Source of the DNA: Octopus sinensis
Taxonomy: Eukaryota
Assembly (NCBI RefSeq): GCF_006345805.1
Contig: NC_043019.1
Location: 31,061,360 to 31,125,359 of the forward strand
Reading direction: 5' to 3'
DNA: 64,000 nt
Part shown: piece by piece, positions 37,640 through 49,626 of the stretch
Layout: the number at the start of each line of letters is the position of its first letter
How positions within the stretch are numbered: position 1 is the first letter of the stretch
Notes under the pieces: model-generated
Told to the model about the DNA's origin: nothing
Database searches by the model: none
The model's input: the letters and a program-made list of their open reading frames with translations, nothing else
Program-made: the position numbers and the translations under genes

Positions 37640-37995
37640 CAAGGTTGGCAATATCAGGGGAGGGGATTAATTGATTACAACGACCGCCGGTACTCAACTG
37701 GTACTTATTTTTATCAACCCTGAAAGATGAAAGTCAAGGTTGACCTTGGCATGATTTGAACTCAGAATGAAGAGACACAAAATACTGCTGAGCATTTTGT
37801 CTGGTGTGTTAATGATTCTACCACCTTAATAATGGGTTTCAAATTTTGGCACCAGGCCAGCAAGTTTGGTGGAGCAGATAAGCCGATTACATCAAACCAA
37901 GTGCTCATGTACTTGTTTTTATTGACCCCAAAAGGACGAAAGGCAAAGTCGTCACTAAGCATTTTCCCCAGTGTTCTAACAACTTTGCCAGCTCA
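37640..37995 (-). mobile_element. Two adjacent SINE family B copies (second internally deleted)
   Basis: Repeated ggtacttatttt..gaccc..aaag..gaaag..caa motifs. Confidence 0.65.
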
Positions 37996-38469
37996 GAAGA
38001 TGAATATTAGGAAGAATAATTATAGAGTTATAGAGGGATGACAAACAGGAGAAGGAGGGAAGAGTAGGTGACAACTGTAGAAATTGAGTGGAGTTGAATG
38101 GTGGTTGTGGTGGGAGGTGTGATCAGTGATACATGTATTGAGGGAAGGAGGGGTTGAAGACACAAGTGGCAATGCAGAGAAGGGGAGTGGGGTGGTGAAG
38201 TGTCGCAGAATAGTAATAGGAATAATAATGATACAGTCAATGGGGAAAAAACAGAGTGGGAGAAGATTTGTGCCCGGGTAGATTGTAAGAGCTTGGGGAC
38301 AGACCTGGGGAAGGGGGAAGGGGGAGGAATATGATGGAGGAGCAGAGATAATTTTGTGACTCAGAAGGGTGATCAATTGCCAGACATCCCGATCGTAATG
38401 CTGATAATAACGAATCTCCAAATGATAATCATGATAACGAGCAAGATTATGAAACAGTAATGACAAAAT

Positions 38470-38540
38470 AATGATGATGACAGGAAGGGTGGTGGCAGTG
38501 GTGGTGGTGGTGGTGCTGATACTGGTGGTGGTGGTGGTGG

Positions 38541-38594
<54 letters not shown>

Positions 38595-38663
38595 CGATGA
38601 GGATGATGATGATGGTGATGATGATGACGACGACGATGATGATGATGATGACGGTGGTGGTGG

Positions 38664-38695
<32 letters not shown>

Positions 38696-38780
38696 GTGAT
38701 GGTGATGATGGGGTGGCAGTAGTGATGGTGGTGGTGGTGGTGCTGCTGCTGCTGCTGATGCTGCCGTTGATGATGATGGT
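38470..38780. repeat. Compound (GGT)n/(GAT)n/(GCT)n microsatellite
   Basis: Directly visible; source of poly-S/H/M ORFs. Confidence 0.95.
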
Positions 38781-39401
38781 GATGTTAACAATGATGGAAA
38801 CGATGATGTTGCTTACTATAATTGACTTGTTAACCATTTGCTGACTTACATTACAGCGATGAGAGATAAATGTCATATGCTTGTCATGGAGCGGTTCTTT
38901 TAATTGTCCTCAGCAATGAGATGGTCAATCTACCCAATCATCGAGGGACATTAGTGTTCAGCCAATGCCATCATAATCATCGTAATTGACAGCAGTGAGC
39001 AGGCAGAATCATTAGAACATGAAACAAAACATCTTGTGATAGTTCTTCCCATTCTTTATGGCCCGAGTTCAAACCCTGCTAAGTTCAACGTTGCTTTTCA
39101 TTCTTTTGGGACCAAAATAATGAAAATAAAGTACCAGTCGAATACTGGGGTTCATATCAACTTACCCCTTCTCCTTAAAGCTGCTGGTTAATTATCTTTC
39201 AATCGTTATTCCATTCTGAGAGTAAATTCAACTGAGGTCAGCTTTGCCTTTCATCCTACCAGGGTTGATGAAATACAATACCAACCATGTAATAAGGTTG
39301 ATTTAATTTTCTAACCCATCTATCCAATTTCAGTCCATGAGCCTAATTTAAAAACTATTATTATCATTGACACTATTATTATCATTCATATATATGAAGT
39401 T

Positions 39402-39703
39402 CAGTATACCCATCATGACTACATGTCTGATAAGAGTGCATCAGACACATGCATCACAACCATATGTGCATGACATGGTAATCTCATATCAAGATAAACA
39501 GCGCATGACCTTGCAGGTGGAGCACAGCTAGAATTTTCTTCAGATCGAGTAGCCCATCATGCTCAAAAGGTCCCTTAATAAAGGTTGTTTAAGGATGTTG
39601 AACGAAACACCCATGTTTCCAGAGTTGAATTATTCAAACCTCAAGGAATTTCTTTCAACAAATGACTATGATGCTCCCCCCATTATTATTATTATTATTA
39701 TTA

Positions 39704-39749
<46 letters not shown>

Positions 39750-39763
39750 CATCATCATTATTA

Positions 39764-39826
<63 letters not shown>

Positions 39827-40341
39827 TAAGTGAGAAAGCAATGCATGCCATCGAAGTGACACTGGGGTAAAATATACAAAGCCTAGTATACCCATCATGA
39901 CTACCCATCACAACCATATGTGCACGACATGGTGATCTCATATCAAGATAAACAGCACATGACCTTGTAGGTGGGACCTAGTTAGAATTTTCTTCCCACT
40001 CAAAAGGTCCCTGAATAAGGCTTGTTTATGGATGATGAATGAAACACCTATGTTTCCAGAGCTGAATTATTCAAACCACAAAGAATTCCTCTCAGCACAT
40101 AGCTATGATGCTCCCCGACAACTTCTGCTTATGATCAGAGATGCATATATCATCAGCTACTAAGGGACATGCTCAACTGGTTACGGTCAAACAACTGACA
40201 AGCAACAAATCTGTGGCATTGAGCAGAATATTTGCTGTAGCCCATCTTTTATACCAAGACAAAACACTGTACATGATAACACTTCCAATCAGTTAAGATC
40301 AGAAGCCATGAGAGCCACTTCCTGATACTGTATCAAGGCAT
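39402..40341 (+). repeat. Two copies of an unclassified interspersed repeat separated by (ATT)n
   Basis: agtatacccatcatgactac...ctatgatgctcccc at 39402-39680 and within 39831-40341. Confidence 0.75.
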
Positions 40342-40589
40342 ATCATCATCATCATCATCATCATCATCATTATTATCTAACCATGTGACTTCCATAGAGT
40401 TATAGCTATTTCACAACTTTAAACATACAAATATATGTATAGTAGTCACCCTCACTTTTAGCCACTTCCACCAGTTTTGCTTCAGAAGTTTTTTTGTTTC
40501 ATTTTTTTCCTGCTGTACCAATTTGGTGCAATCTTTTCAGAAAGAATCATTATACTATGTTTAACCCTGCCAAACCAAAAAAGGGTGAA

Positions 40590-40825
40590 AGGTGTTCTTG
40601 CTGCACCATTGGCTCAAAAGGCTGGTTTCCCTGATTCTGTGGTGTATATATTTCCTCACTGGATGGGAATCTAGTCCAATGCAGGGTTACTCATTTTTCC
40701 CAACTGTGTGGACTGGGGCGATGGGAAATGAAGTATTTTGCTCAAGAATACAAATCAAGCCTCAGTCAAGCTCTCATGAACATGAGAGCAACATCCTAAC
40801 CCCTAAGCCATGTGTCTCCACGCCT
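40590..40825 (-). mobile_element. SINE family D
   Basis: ttttgctcaagaatacaa...cctaacccctaagccatgtgtctccac. Confidence 0.7.
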
Positions 40826-41050
40826 CTTAAAATAATCCTTTCTACTAAAAGCACAAGGCCTGAAATTATGGAGGTGGGGGATAGTTGATTACATCAACCC
40901 CCGTACTTGACTGGTACTTGATTTATCGACCCCAAAAGGATGAAAGACAAAGTCGGCCTTAGCAGAACTTGAACTCAGAATGTAAAGACGGACAAAATGC
41001 TGCTAACCATTTTACCTGATTTGCTAACAGTTCTGCCAGCTCGCCCCTCC
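40826..41050 (-). mobile_element. SINE family B
   Basis: atcgaccccaaaaggatgaaagac...ttgaactcagaatg...tctgccagctcgccc. Confidence 0.75.
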
Positions 41051-41879
41051 TAAAGTAATGGCGATATGTTAGTTTAAAGACAAGTTTAGGCTTTACTCTT
41101 ATTCAAATTTAACCCCTTTTTGCTACATACACCTTTTTCTACTATAGCAATTTTGACAAGGTTTATAAAGCAGATGCCTTACTTTGGGTTATTACACAAC
41201 TTAGAATAGTCTAAAAACTACACTGCTTAGAATTTGCACTCTTCCATTTTTGAAAACATTTTATCATAACTTTCTTTTTACCCATCTGATTTCCTGTTTT
41301 TTTTATTACAAAAAATAACAGAACACAAATCTTTTTCAATGAATTCAACCACCTTTAATTTGGTTGAGAAGTGAATTAGCTAGAGGGTAAAGACACTATC
41401 ATTAAAAAGTAAACGTTGACCTTCACCAACTGCCATGGGCGAATAATGATATACTTAAGAAAAAACACAATGAAATGTGAATCTTCTCAAATCAATAATT
41501 TCTTTAGATTTCTGCAGTCTTCAGCTCATATATTGACAAAATAAAAGCCATTATTCTTCTAATTTCATCCTCATTCAATTTTTTTTTTAAACTGAGGTAG
41601 TTTTTTATTTTATTTTTTTTTTATTTTGTAGAAAAGAATAAAATTGTAATTTTAACATATTGCAATTTTAGCTTGGAAAATGATTGAGAAATGACATGTT
41701 TAAGTTCCATGAAAATACACAGAACATTTTTAATTTCTTTAAATTCAAGTAACGAATTTAGCTAAACAAATTAATGCCTTTTTCCTCCAATGTCTGGAAA
41801 TTTCGGCAGACAAATTAGAGGTAATAATTACATACTGCACTGAAAATTTGCTCTTTGTGGCCTGGACATCATGAATGAT

Positions 41880-42848
41880 TGAAACCTTTGGTGGCATGCT
41901 GTGCCTTAGAAGACCTGTCTAGCCAAGTGAAACCATAGTCATAAATGATGCCAGTGTCACATAAGCAGCCTTTGAACATTGGGCATCATGGAGGTGATGG
42001 CAAATGACCAACACCATTGAGGATATGCTGTGCTTGAGAAGACTCGTCAAGCCAAGTGAAATCGTTGTTGTAGATGTTGCTGGTGTCATATAACTGGCAC
42101 CCATTTTAGTGGAAACCTTTGAACATTGAGCATCATGGAGGGGATAAGTGACCAACACCATTGATGATATGTTGTGCTTGAGAAGACTTGTCAAGCCAAG
42201 TGAAATCATAGTTGTAGATGATGCAGGTGTTACATAACTGGCACCCATGCCGATGGCACATAAAATGCACCCATCACACTCTTGGAGTGGTGGGCATTAG
42301 GAAGGGCGTCCAACTATAGAAACCATACCAAATCAAACTGGAACTTGGTGCAGTTCTCTAGCATACCAGTTTCAGTAAAACCATCCAACCCATACCAGCA
42401 TGGAAAGCAGATACTAAATGATAATGATGATAGTTGCCAGAGCAACAAGCTGGCTTCCGTGCCGGTGGCATGTAAAAACACCATTCGAGCGTGATCGTTA
42501 CCTGTGTTGCCTTACTGGCACTTGTGCCAGTGGCACGTGAAAAACATTCAAGCAAGGTCGTTGCCAGTGCCACTGGACTGGCTCCTGTGCAGGTGGCACA
42601 TAAAAAGCACCATTTGAGTGTGGCCATTGGCAGTACCACCTGACTGGCCCTCATGCTGGTGGCACATAAAAGCACCCACTACACTCTCGGAGTGGTTGGC
42701 ATTAGGAAGGGCATCCAGCTGTAGAAACTCTGCCAGATAAGATTGAAGTCTGGTGCAGCCATCTGGTTCGTCAGACCTCAGTCAAATCATCCAACCCAGG
42801 CTAGCATGGAAAGCGAATGTTAAACGATGATGATGATGATGATGATGA
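41880..42848 (+). mobile_element. RTE LINE ends: triplicated ~130-bp ORF-end module plus two 3' tails
   Basis: gctgtgcttgagaagac..agccaagtgaaa x3; tails ending (GAT)n at ~42425 and ~42848. Confidence 0.75.
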
Positions 42849-43212
42849 CATATATACAACAGGCTTCTTCAGTTTTTGCCTACCAAATCCATTCACATGG
42901 CTTTGGTCAGCCCGAGGCTAGAGTAGAAGACACCCAATGCAGTGTCACTGAATCATGTGATTGAGAAGCAAACTTCTTGTCACCTAGCCATATGTGAAAT
43001 ATCGTTTAGTAAAGAATACAGAATTCTTTATCCTCGGATTTGTGGCTTTAAAATATTGTCTTTTACATCAGTTGAATAATAATAATAATAATAATAATAA
43101 TGTTCTTAATACACTACCATGTCAGTTGTCTCCCTTGTAATGTATTTTAAACATAACTTTCATTGAAACAAAGCTGGAGTTCACTTTCTTATAAGCTGTG
43201 TTCTTTCATATT

Positions 43213-43720
43213 CTTTTACTTGTTTCAGTCATTGGACTGCAGCCATGGTGAGGCACTGAATTGAAAGGGTTTTTATTGAAAATTCGATTCCAGTACTTAA
43301 TTGCTTTAAAATTCTGATATTTATTTGATTGGTCTTTTTTATCAAATGAAGTTATGGGGAAGTGAACAAACCAACACCATTTGTCAAAAAGTGTGTGTCT
43401 AGGTCAAACACACACACTCGCACACAAACACACACACACATACACAAGCACACACACATACACACAACACACAAACACACAAGCACGCACACACATGCAC
43501 ACACAAACATGCACACACAAACACACACACACAAACACTCACATACACACACGTATATACGACAGGCTTCTTTCAGTTTCTATCTACCAAGTTTACTTAC
43601 AAGGTCTTTTGGTTGACCCAGGGCCGTAGTAGAAGGCATTTATCCAAGGCACCATGCAGTGGGACTAAATCCAAAACCATAATTTGGAAGCAAACTGCAC
43701 ATCACAGAGCAATACCTGAA
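43213..43720 (-). mobile_element. SINE family A (decayed)
   Basis: cttttacttgtttcagtcattgg...acgacaggcttctttcagtttc...gcagtgggact. Confidence 0.7.
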
Positions 43721-43879
43721 CCTACATTGTAAATTTTTCTCAGACATAAATTCTGTTTGAAATTTTAGGTGTAAACTCTGTTTGAATGGTTAATGATCAA
43801 TCAGTGCTATCTTCTCTTTAAATATAAGATTTGGGTGTGGCTTTTATTGAAACAGCTTATAATCAACGAGAAATATATT

Positions 43880-44072
43880 ACAGTTCTATATTTAAGAGAT
43901 GAAGAATTATGTACATTATTTACATTTAATGGATATTTGTCCTCATCTTGTTTGTTGTTAACACAATGTTTCACCTGATATACCCTCCAGCCTTCATCAG
44001 GTGACATAGGGAAATTTCGAACCTGGGTTCTTATTCCTCAGGTATTTTTCAATGTTGTTATTATTATTATTA

Positions 44073-44125
<53 letters not shown>

Positions 44126-44191
44126 TCACTGCCTGGAATCAAACTCGGAACCTTGGGGTTAGTAGCCCATGCTCTTAACCACTATGCCATA
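43880..44191 (-). mobile_element. tRNA-headed SINE with internal (AAT)n and a hammerhead-like 3' module
   Basis: Minus: tggcatagtggttaagagc (A box)...gagtttgattccagg (B box)-(AAT)n-...cac-CUGAUGA-A-GGCUG-gagggtatat-CAGGU-GAAAC-AUU-GUG. Confidence 0.65.
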
Positions 44192-44856
44192 TTGATCATT
44201 CTTTAGAATGTGTAGCCTTTTTGATGCCAGCCTGTCTGTGAATGTGTCTGGCTCCATGGCAAAAATTTCCTGTTTAAAAACGGGAATACAACCATCATCA
44301 AGATACCATTTTATTTGATATGGACACCAACTTAAAATGACAGAATGTTTTGTTCCCAAATCAATTGAAACAAAGGCAAATGTTTTAGTAGAAATATGGT
44401 AACAAATGGGTTAAATGTAATATTTTTACCACAAAATAATTTGAAAAGTATAAATTCTGAGGACATTAATAGGGTTAAATTCAAAATTCAAAATTTAAAC
44501 AGCTATAAATTAAATTTATCATTCAAAATTTTATCAGTAGATATAGAATTCAACATTAATTTATTAAAGTATGGATTATGTATGAATTTAACAGTTTAAA
44601 GTGTCAATAAGGTGCTTCAAATGTTAGACTCTGATGAATATATCACATATTTTCGAGTGAGTGTATCTATTTGTAAGAAAGTAAAAATGTGGCAGAAAGA
44701 AATTTAAGTGGAATAAGATGTTGAAAACACAATAATAACAAAAAGAAAGTGTAAAAAAATAAAATATCAAGAGATCTTATCTATTGGAAAGTATCATATT
44801 TATATATGAGTGTTTGGTTAGTAGATAAAATTTCATAAGTCTCAGATATTCACAAA

Positions 44857-45200
44857 TTACACTGTCTGTTTTTTGGTTATAGGACTTTGCACCAAAGAGA
44901 TTTTTCCATTTGAATTATGTATTACTGTTCTTAATTTACTGCATTTTGAATTCCTAAAGGTATAAGTTTCTTGATTGGATTGAAATTTGAATCGGTTAGA
45001 TATGAGGCTAATGTAAATATATATTTGAAAAACTCTGTATTGTGACTTCAATTAGGAAATAATAATCTTTTGAGGGAATTTGACTCCAGCAAAGCAGTCA
45101 CAATTCTGCTTATAAATATTGCTATTACAGTTTTCATTATTTAAGGCTGTCGTAGATATATTAAGTTTGTGTATATTGGAAGAGGAAAGTATACGTACAA
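44857..45200 (-). mobile_element. Highly decayed Penelope-like GIY-YIG fragment
   Basis: NCDCFAGVKFPQK...IYISLISNRFKFQSNQETYTFRNSKCSK resembles the CNC..CP / YIG.T...FK.R...H...FRN pattern. Confidence 0.4.
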
Positions 45201-45944
45201 AGTTAGGATGCTTCTTCTTCATCTTCATCTTCATTTAATGTCTGTTGTCCATGCTGGTATGGGTTGGACAGTGCGACCAGAGCTGGCAAGCTGATTGGGG
45301 GTAGGGGTGGGGGCTGTATCAGAATCCAGTTTAATTTGGCATGGTTTCTATGGCTGGATGCCCTTCCTAATACAATAATGGTGATGTTCTTAACTGTTAT
45401 ATGGGAATGTAAATATGTTTGCAAATTGTTTTTGTTACATGTTATTCTATGTTCTGAATAATTTTATTTTAATAAAAGTTGCTTACTGCAAGTTATGGAT
45501 GATTCTCTTATGACTTCATTGCTTTCAGGCTTAGCATGGACAGCAGACTTTATTGAGTGTGCACAGGTGCTTTTACATGAAACTGTGCAGATACTATTAC
45601 ATGACCCTGCATGTGTGCTTTTACATGGCACAGGATATAAAAAAATGTCTTAACAAATATTGAATAGCCTTTGGTTTCAGAATTTCTTTAAAGCTGTTGA
45701 AATATTCTACTTTTACAGTAATACCATTAGGCTTAGCTGTGAGGTAAGAAGTTTACTTCCCAACAACATGGTTCCAGGTTCATTTCCACTGCATGGCACC
45801 TCAAGTTGACCAGAGCCTTGTTAGTAGATTTGGTAGACTGGAAATATATATAGTATTTATATATATATATATTTTTATATATATATATTTATATATAAAA
45901 ATCAAAATCGAAATCGATCAACATCAATGGAAATTGTAGCTGTG

Positions 45945-46335
45945 ATACCAGTGCCGGTAGCACGTAAGAGAACCATTTGAATGTGGCTGTTGCCAGCGCT
46001 GCCCTGACTGGCCTCCGTGCCAGTGGCACATATAAAGCACCATCCAATTGTGGCCATTGCCAGCCTCATCTGGCCCCCCCGTGCTGGTGGCACGTAAAAA
46101 GTACCATCCAATCATGGCCGTTTGTCAGCCTCATCTGGCACCTGTGCGGGTGGCATGTAAAAAGCACCCACTACACTCACGGAGTGGTTGGCGTTAGGAA
46201 GGGCATCCAGCTGTAGAAACACTGCCAGATCAGACTGGGCCTCGCGCAGCCTACTGGCTTCCCAGACCCCAGTTGAACCGTCCAACCCATGCTAGCATGG
46301 AAAACGGACGTTAAACGATGATGATGATGATGATA
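45945..46335 (+). mobile_element. RTE LINE tail (family C) with repeated gtggcacgtaaaaagcacc modules
   Basis: ...gttggcgttaggaagggcatccagctgtagaaacactgccag...ggacgttaaacgatgatg. Confidence 0.85.
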
Positions 46336-46603
46336 TATGTAAGAATTTAGCTAGGTGTTAAATACACCTAAGGGATATTCAATATCCAAAGAATTTACTG
46401 GTTTATATTACCTACATCAGTAACAATGTTATTCCAATAAGTAAATAAAAAATAAACATACAGTTTATTAATATATAAATATAAATAAGAAATGGAAAAC
46501 AAAAAACAATAAAATGAACAATTATAAATTCAATTCAATTTAAATATTTTATGCAAATGAATTGAATGTATAATTGTTCAATTTATTGTTTTGTTTTCCA
46601 TTT

Positions 46604-46683
<80 letters not shown>

Positions 46684-46692
<9 letters not shown>

Positions 46693-46967
46693 GTGAATGG
46701 AAGAAATGGAGTTGAACGAAGATTGTACAGAATTCCTTTTATTACATTCTACACATGTTTCAAAGGCCACAATTTTCCAAATTCTGATTAAATAAGGATA
46801 CCATATTGCAGCTTTCTCTTCAGGAAAAACCAGAGAAAGCTGCAATATGGTATCCTTATTTAATCAGAATTTGGAAAATTGTGGCCTTTGAAACATGTGT
46901 AGAATGTAATAAAAGGAATTCTGTACAATCTTCGTTCAACTCCATTTCTTCCATTCACTAATTATAT
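46684..46967. repeat. Perfect inverted repeat: 136-bp arms, 12-bp spacer
   Basis: 46684-46819 is the exact reverse complement of 46832-46967 by eye; spacer tcaggaaaaacc. Confidence 0.95.
46747..46826 (-). ncRNA. Hammerhead-like motif with extended stem II
   Basis: UUC-CUGAAGA-G-AAAG-CUGCAAU...AUUGUGG-C-CUUU-GAAAC-AUGU-GUA^GAA; stem I only 3 bp. Confidence 0.4.
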
Positions 46968-47120
46968 TAAACTTCAATTATCCGCACCAACGCACGGTTG
47001 CAACACCACATGGTCATATCTCCAACCGTGTTTTTTCTGCTGTGATTTTTGCTACCCAGGTATCGGTTAAACTTTTGAATAATCCGTAACAAGATAATTC
47101 ATCTTTCCATTTCAACAAAC

Positions 47121-47157
<37 letters not shown>

Positions 47158-47159
47158 CA

Positions 47160-47415
47160 TATCGACGTAAAAGCACCATCCGTTCGTGGCCGTTGTGCCA
47201 GCTCTGTCTGGCACCTGTGCAGGTGGCACGTAAAAAACACCCACTACACTCGCGGAGTGGTTGGCGTTAGGAAGGGCATCCAGCCGTAGAAACACTGCCA
47301 AATCTGACGGGGCCTGATGAAGCCTTCCGGCTTCACAGACCCCAGTTAAACCGTCCAACCCATGCTAGCATGGAAAACGGACGCTAAATGATGATGATGA
47401 TGATGATGATGATGA
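47160..47415 (+). mobile_element. RTE LINE tail (family C), young copy
   Basis: cgtaaaagcaccatccgttcg...gttggcgttaggaagggcatccagccgtag...(GAT)n. Confidence 0.85.
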
Positions 47416-47445
47416 TAGATAGATAGATAGATAGATATTTATATA

Positions 47446-48164
47446 CAGGGTGTCCCAAAAGTCACTGATGGGTGTCAATTTTTAATAACCTCCTTAACTT
47501 TACAAATAAATGCATGAAATTTTGATACAATATAAAGGACATAATGGAAATTAATATACACAAGTCAAATTTTGCAACACCACAACATCACATACGAAAA
47601 AGGACATTGCTTAGATGGCAGCCATTTTCAGGTTCCTATACCTGTGCTCTTTCCAAAACTTGCACCATAACACCCTCAAGAGTTTCAGACCCCACTTCTC
47701 TGATTTCTCTACTGATGTTCTCCTTTAGTTGCACCAAAGTCTCCAGTTTGTGACGTAAACCCCCTCTTTCAAGTATCCCCACAAAAAAAAAAAGAAAAAA
47801 ATCCAAGTTAGTCAAGTCTTGGGAACTTGAAGGCCAGCTGACATTGCCATAAGAGGAGATTATTCTCTCTCCAAAGCACTACTGCCGTAGCAACTGCATT
47901 GTTTCCCATTTGGTATGAGCAGTTGACCCATCTTGCTGGAACCATGTGTGAGGTCTACTTTGAATGGCATTCACATTCCCCAGACTTGACTAGCCCAGAT
48001 TTTTTTTCTTGTGGAGATACCTGAAAGGGAGGGTGCAATTGAAGGAGAAAATCAATAGAGACATCAGAGAAGTGGAGTCTGAAACTCTTGAGGGTTTTAT
48101 GGTGCAAGTTTGGAAAGGGCATGAGTGTGTGAAGCTGAAAATAGCTGCCATTTGAGACACCCTG
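47446..48164. mobile_element. Internally deleted Tc1/mariner element with inverted transposase C-termini
   Basis: TIRs ta|cagggtgtcc...gacaccctg|ta; minus strand HTWFQQDGSTAH..WPSSSQDL..LDFF..WGYLK; plus strand [15 protein letters not shown]. Confidence 0.85.
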
Positions 48165-48165
48165 T

Positions 48166-48420
<255 letters not shown>

Positions 48421-48424
48421 ATTG

Positions 48425-48665
48425 TCATCATAATCATCTTCATCGTTTAACGTCCGTTTTCCATGCTGGCATGGGTTGGACGGTTTGACTGATCTGGCTA
48501 GGTTTTCTACAGCTTGATGCCCTTCCTAATGCCAACCACTCAGAGCATGTAGTGGGCAATTTTTACATCCCACCGACACAAGAACCAGTCAGGCGGCCCT
48601 GGTATCAATCATGTTTGGATAGTGCTTTTTACATGCCACTGGCATGAGTGCCAGTCAGGAGGTAC
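48425..48665 (-). mobile_element. RTE LINE tail (family C)
   Basis: catcgtttaacgtccgttttccatgctggcatgggttgg. Confidence 0.8.
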
Positions 48666-48675
48666 ATATATATAT

Positions 48676-48907
48676 AAGGCGGCGAGCTGGTAGAAACGTT
48701 AGCACGCCGGGCGATATTCGTAGCCGTATTTCGTCTGTCGTTACGTTCCGAGTTCAAATTCCGCCGAGGTCGACTTTGCCTTTCATCCTTTCGGGGTCGA
48801 TAAATTAAGTACCAGTTACGCACTGGGGTCGATGTAGTCGACTTAATCCCTTTGTCTGTCCTTGTTTGTCCCCTCTGTGTTTAGCCCCTTGTGGGTAGTA
48901 AAGAAAT
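48676..48907 (+). mobile_element. SINE family B, best-preserved CpG-rich copy
   Basis: aaggcggcgagctggtagaaacgttagc (A box)...gagttcaaattcc (B box)-gccgaggtcgactttgcctttcatcctttcggggtcgataaattaagtacc. Confidence 0.9.
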
Positions 48908-48949
48908 ATATATATATACACCTATATATATATATGTGTGTGTGGGGGG

Positions 48950-49165
48950 GGTGTCTTTGTCTGTCCCCTCACTGTTTGACAACTGGTGTTGGTTTGTTTA
49001 TATCCCCATAACTTAGCAGTTCAGCTAAAGGTGTCTGATAAACTAAGTACTAAGCTTTAAAAGGAAAAAAGAATAAATTGCATTCTATTCATTCAGCTAA
49101 AAATTCCTCAAGGTGGTGCCCCAGCATGGCCACAGTCTGATGACTGAAACAAGTGAAAGATAAAA
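48950..49165 (+). mobile_element. SINE family A, 3' half
   Basis: tttgacaactggtgttgg...ccagcatggccacagtctgatgactgaaacaag. Confidence 0.7.
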
Positions 49166-49626
49166 GATGAAAGATATACCATAGAAACTGCAAGTTTTAT
49201 TGCTTGGGGGCATCAGACCAAAAGTTTAAACAAACCTATCAGAATACCCAATACTTGCTGCAGAAAGCATTGCCAATGACCATTAAAATGATGATGGTGT
49301 GCAAGTTCAAAAGTCATCAAGATATTTATCTCTAGAGAAAAAATTGTTTATCTTACAGACCAAGGTAAATTCAATTAGGTTTCAAACTGACACAAATTTG
49401 ATTAGACATCAATTGTGAATGATTCATTAAAATATGAAATGACAGCAGTTCTATTTTTTAAAACATTTTTGCTGACAGTGTCCCAAAAGTCATTAGGACC
49501 AGTTCTTCTCTAAATAATTACTTAAAGCATATAATTCTGTGCAGAAACACTATGTTTATAAACGTAATTTTATAGAATATATTCAGAACCACTTTCATAT
49601 TTACAAAAACTACTGATTTCATACGA

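Noticed and set aside
38295-38324. Four G-tracts (G4-like)
   Set aside because: The first loop is 8 nt, and it lies in a broad degenerate purine-rich tract where such motifs are expected.
46981-47010. ccgcaccaacgcacgg Helitron-like hairpin
   Set aside because: The stem is imperfect and there is no downstream CTAG terminus.
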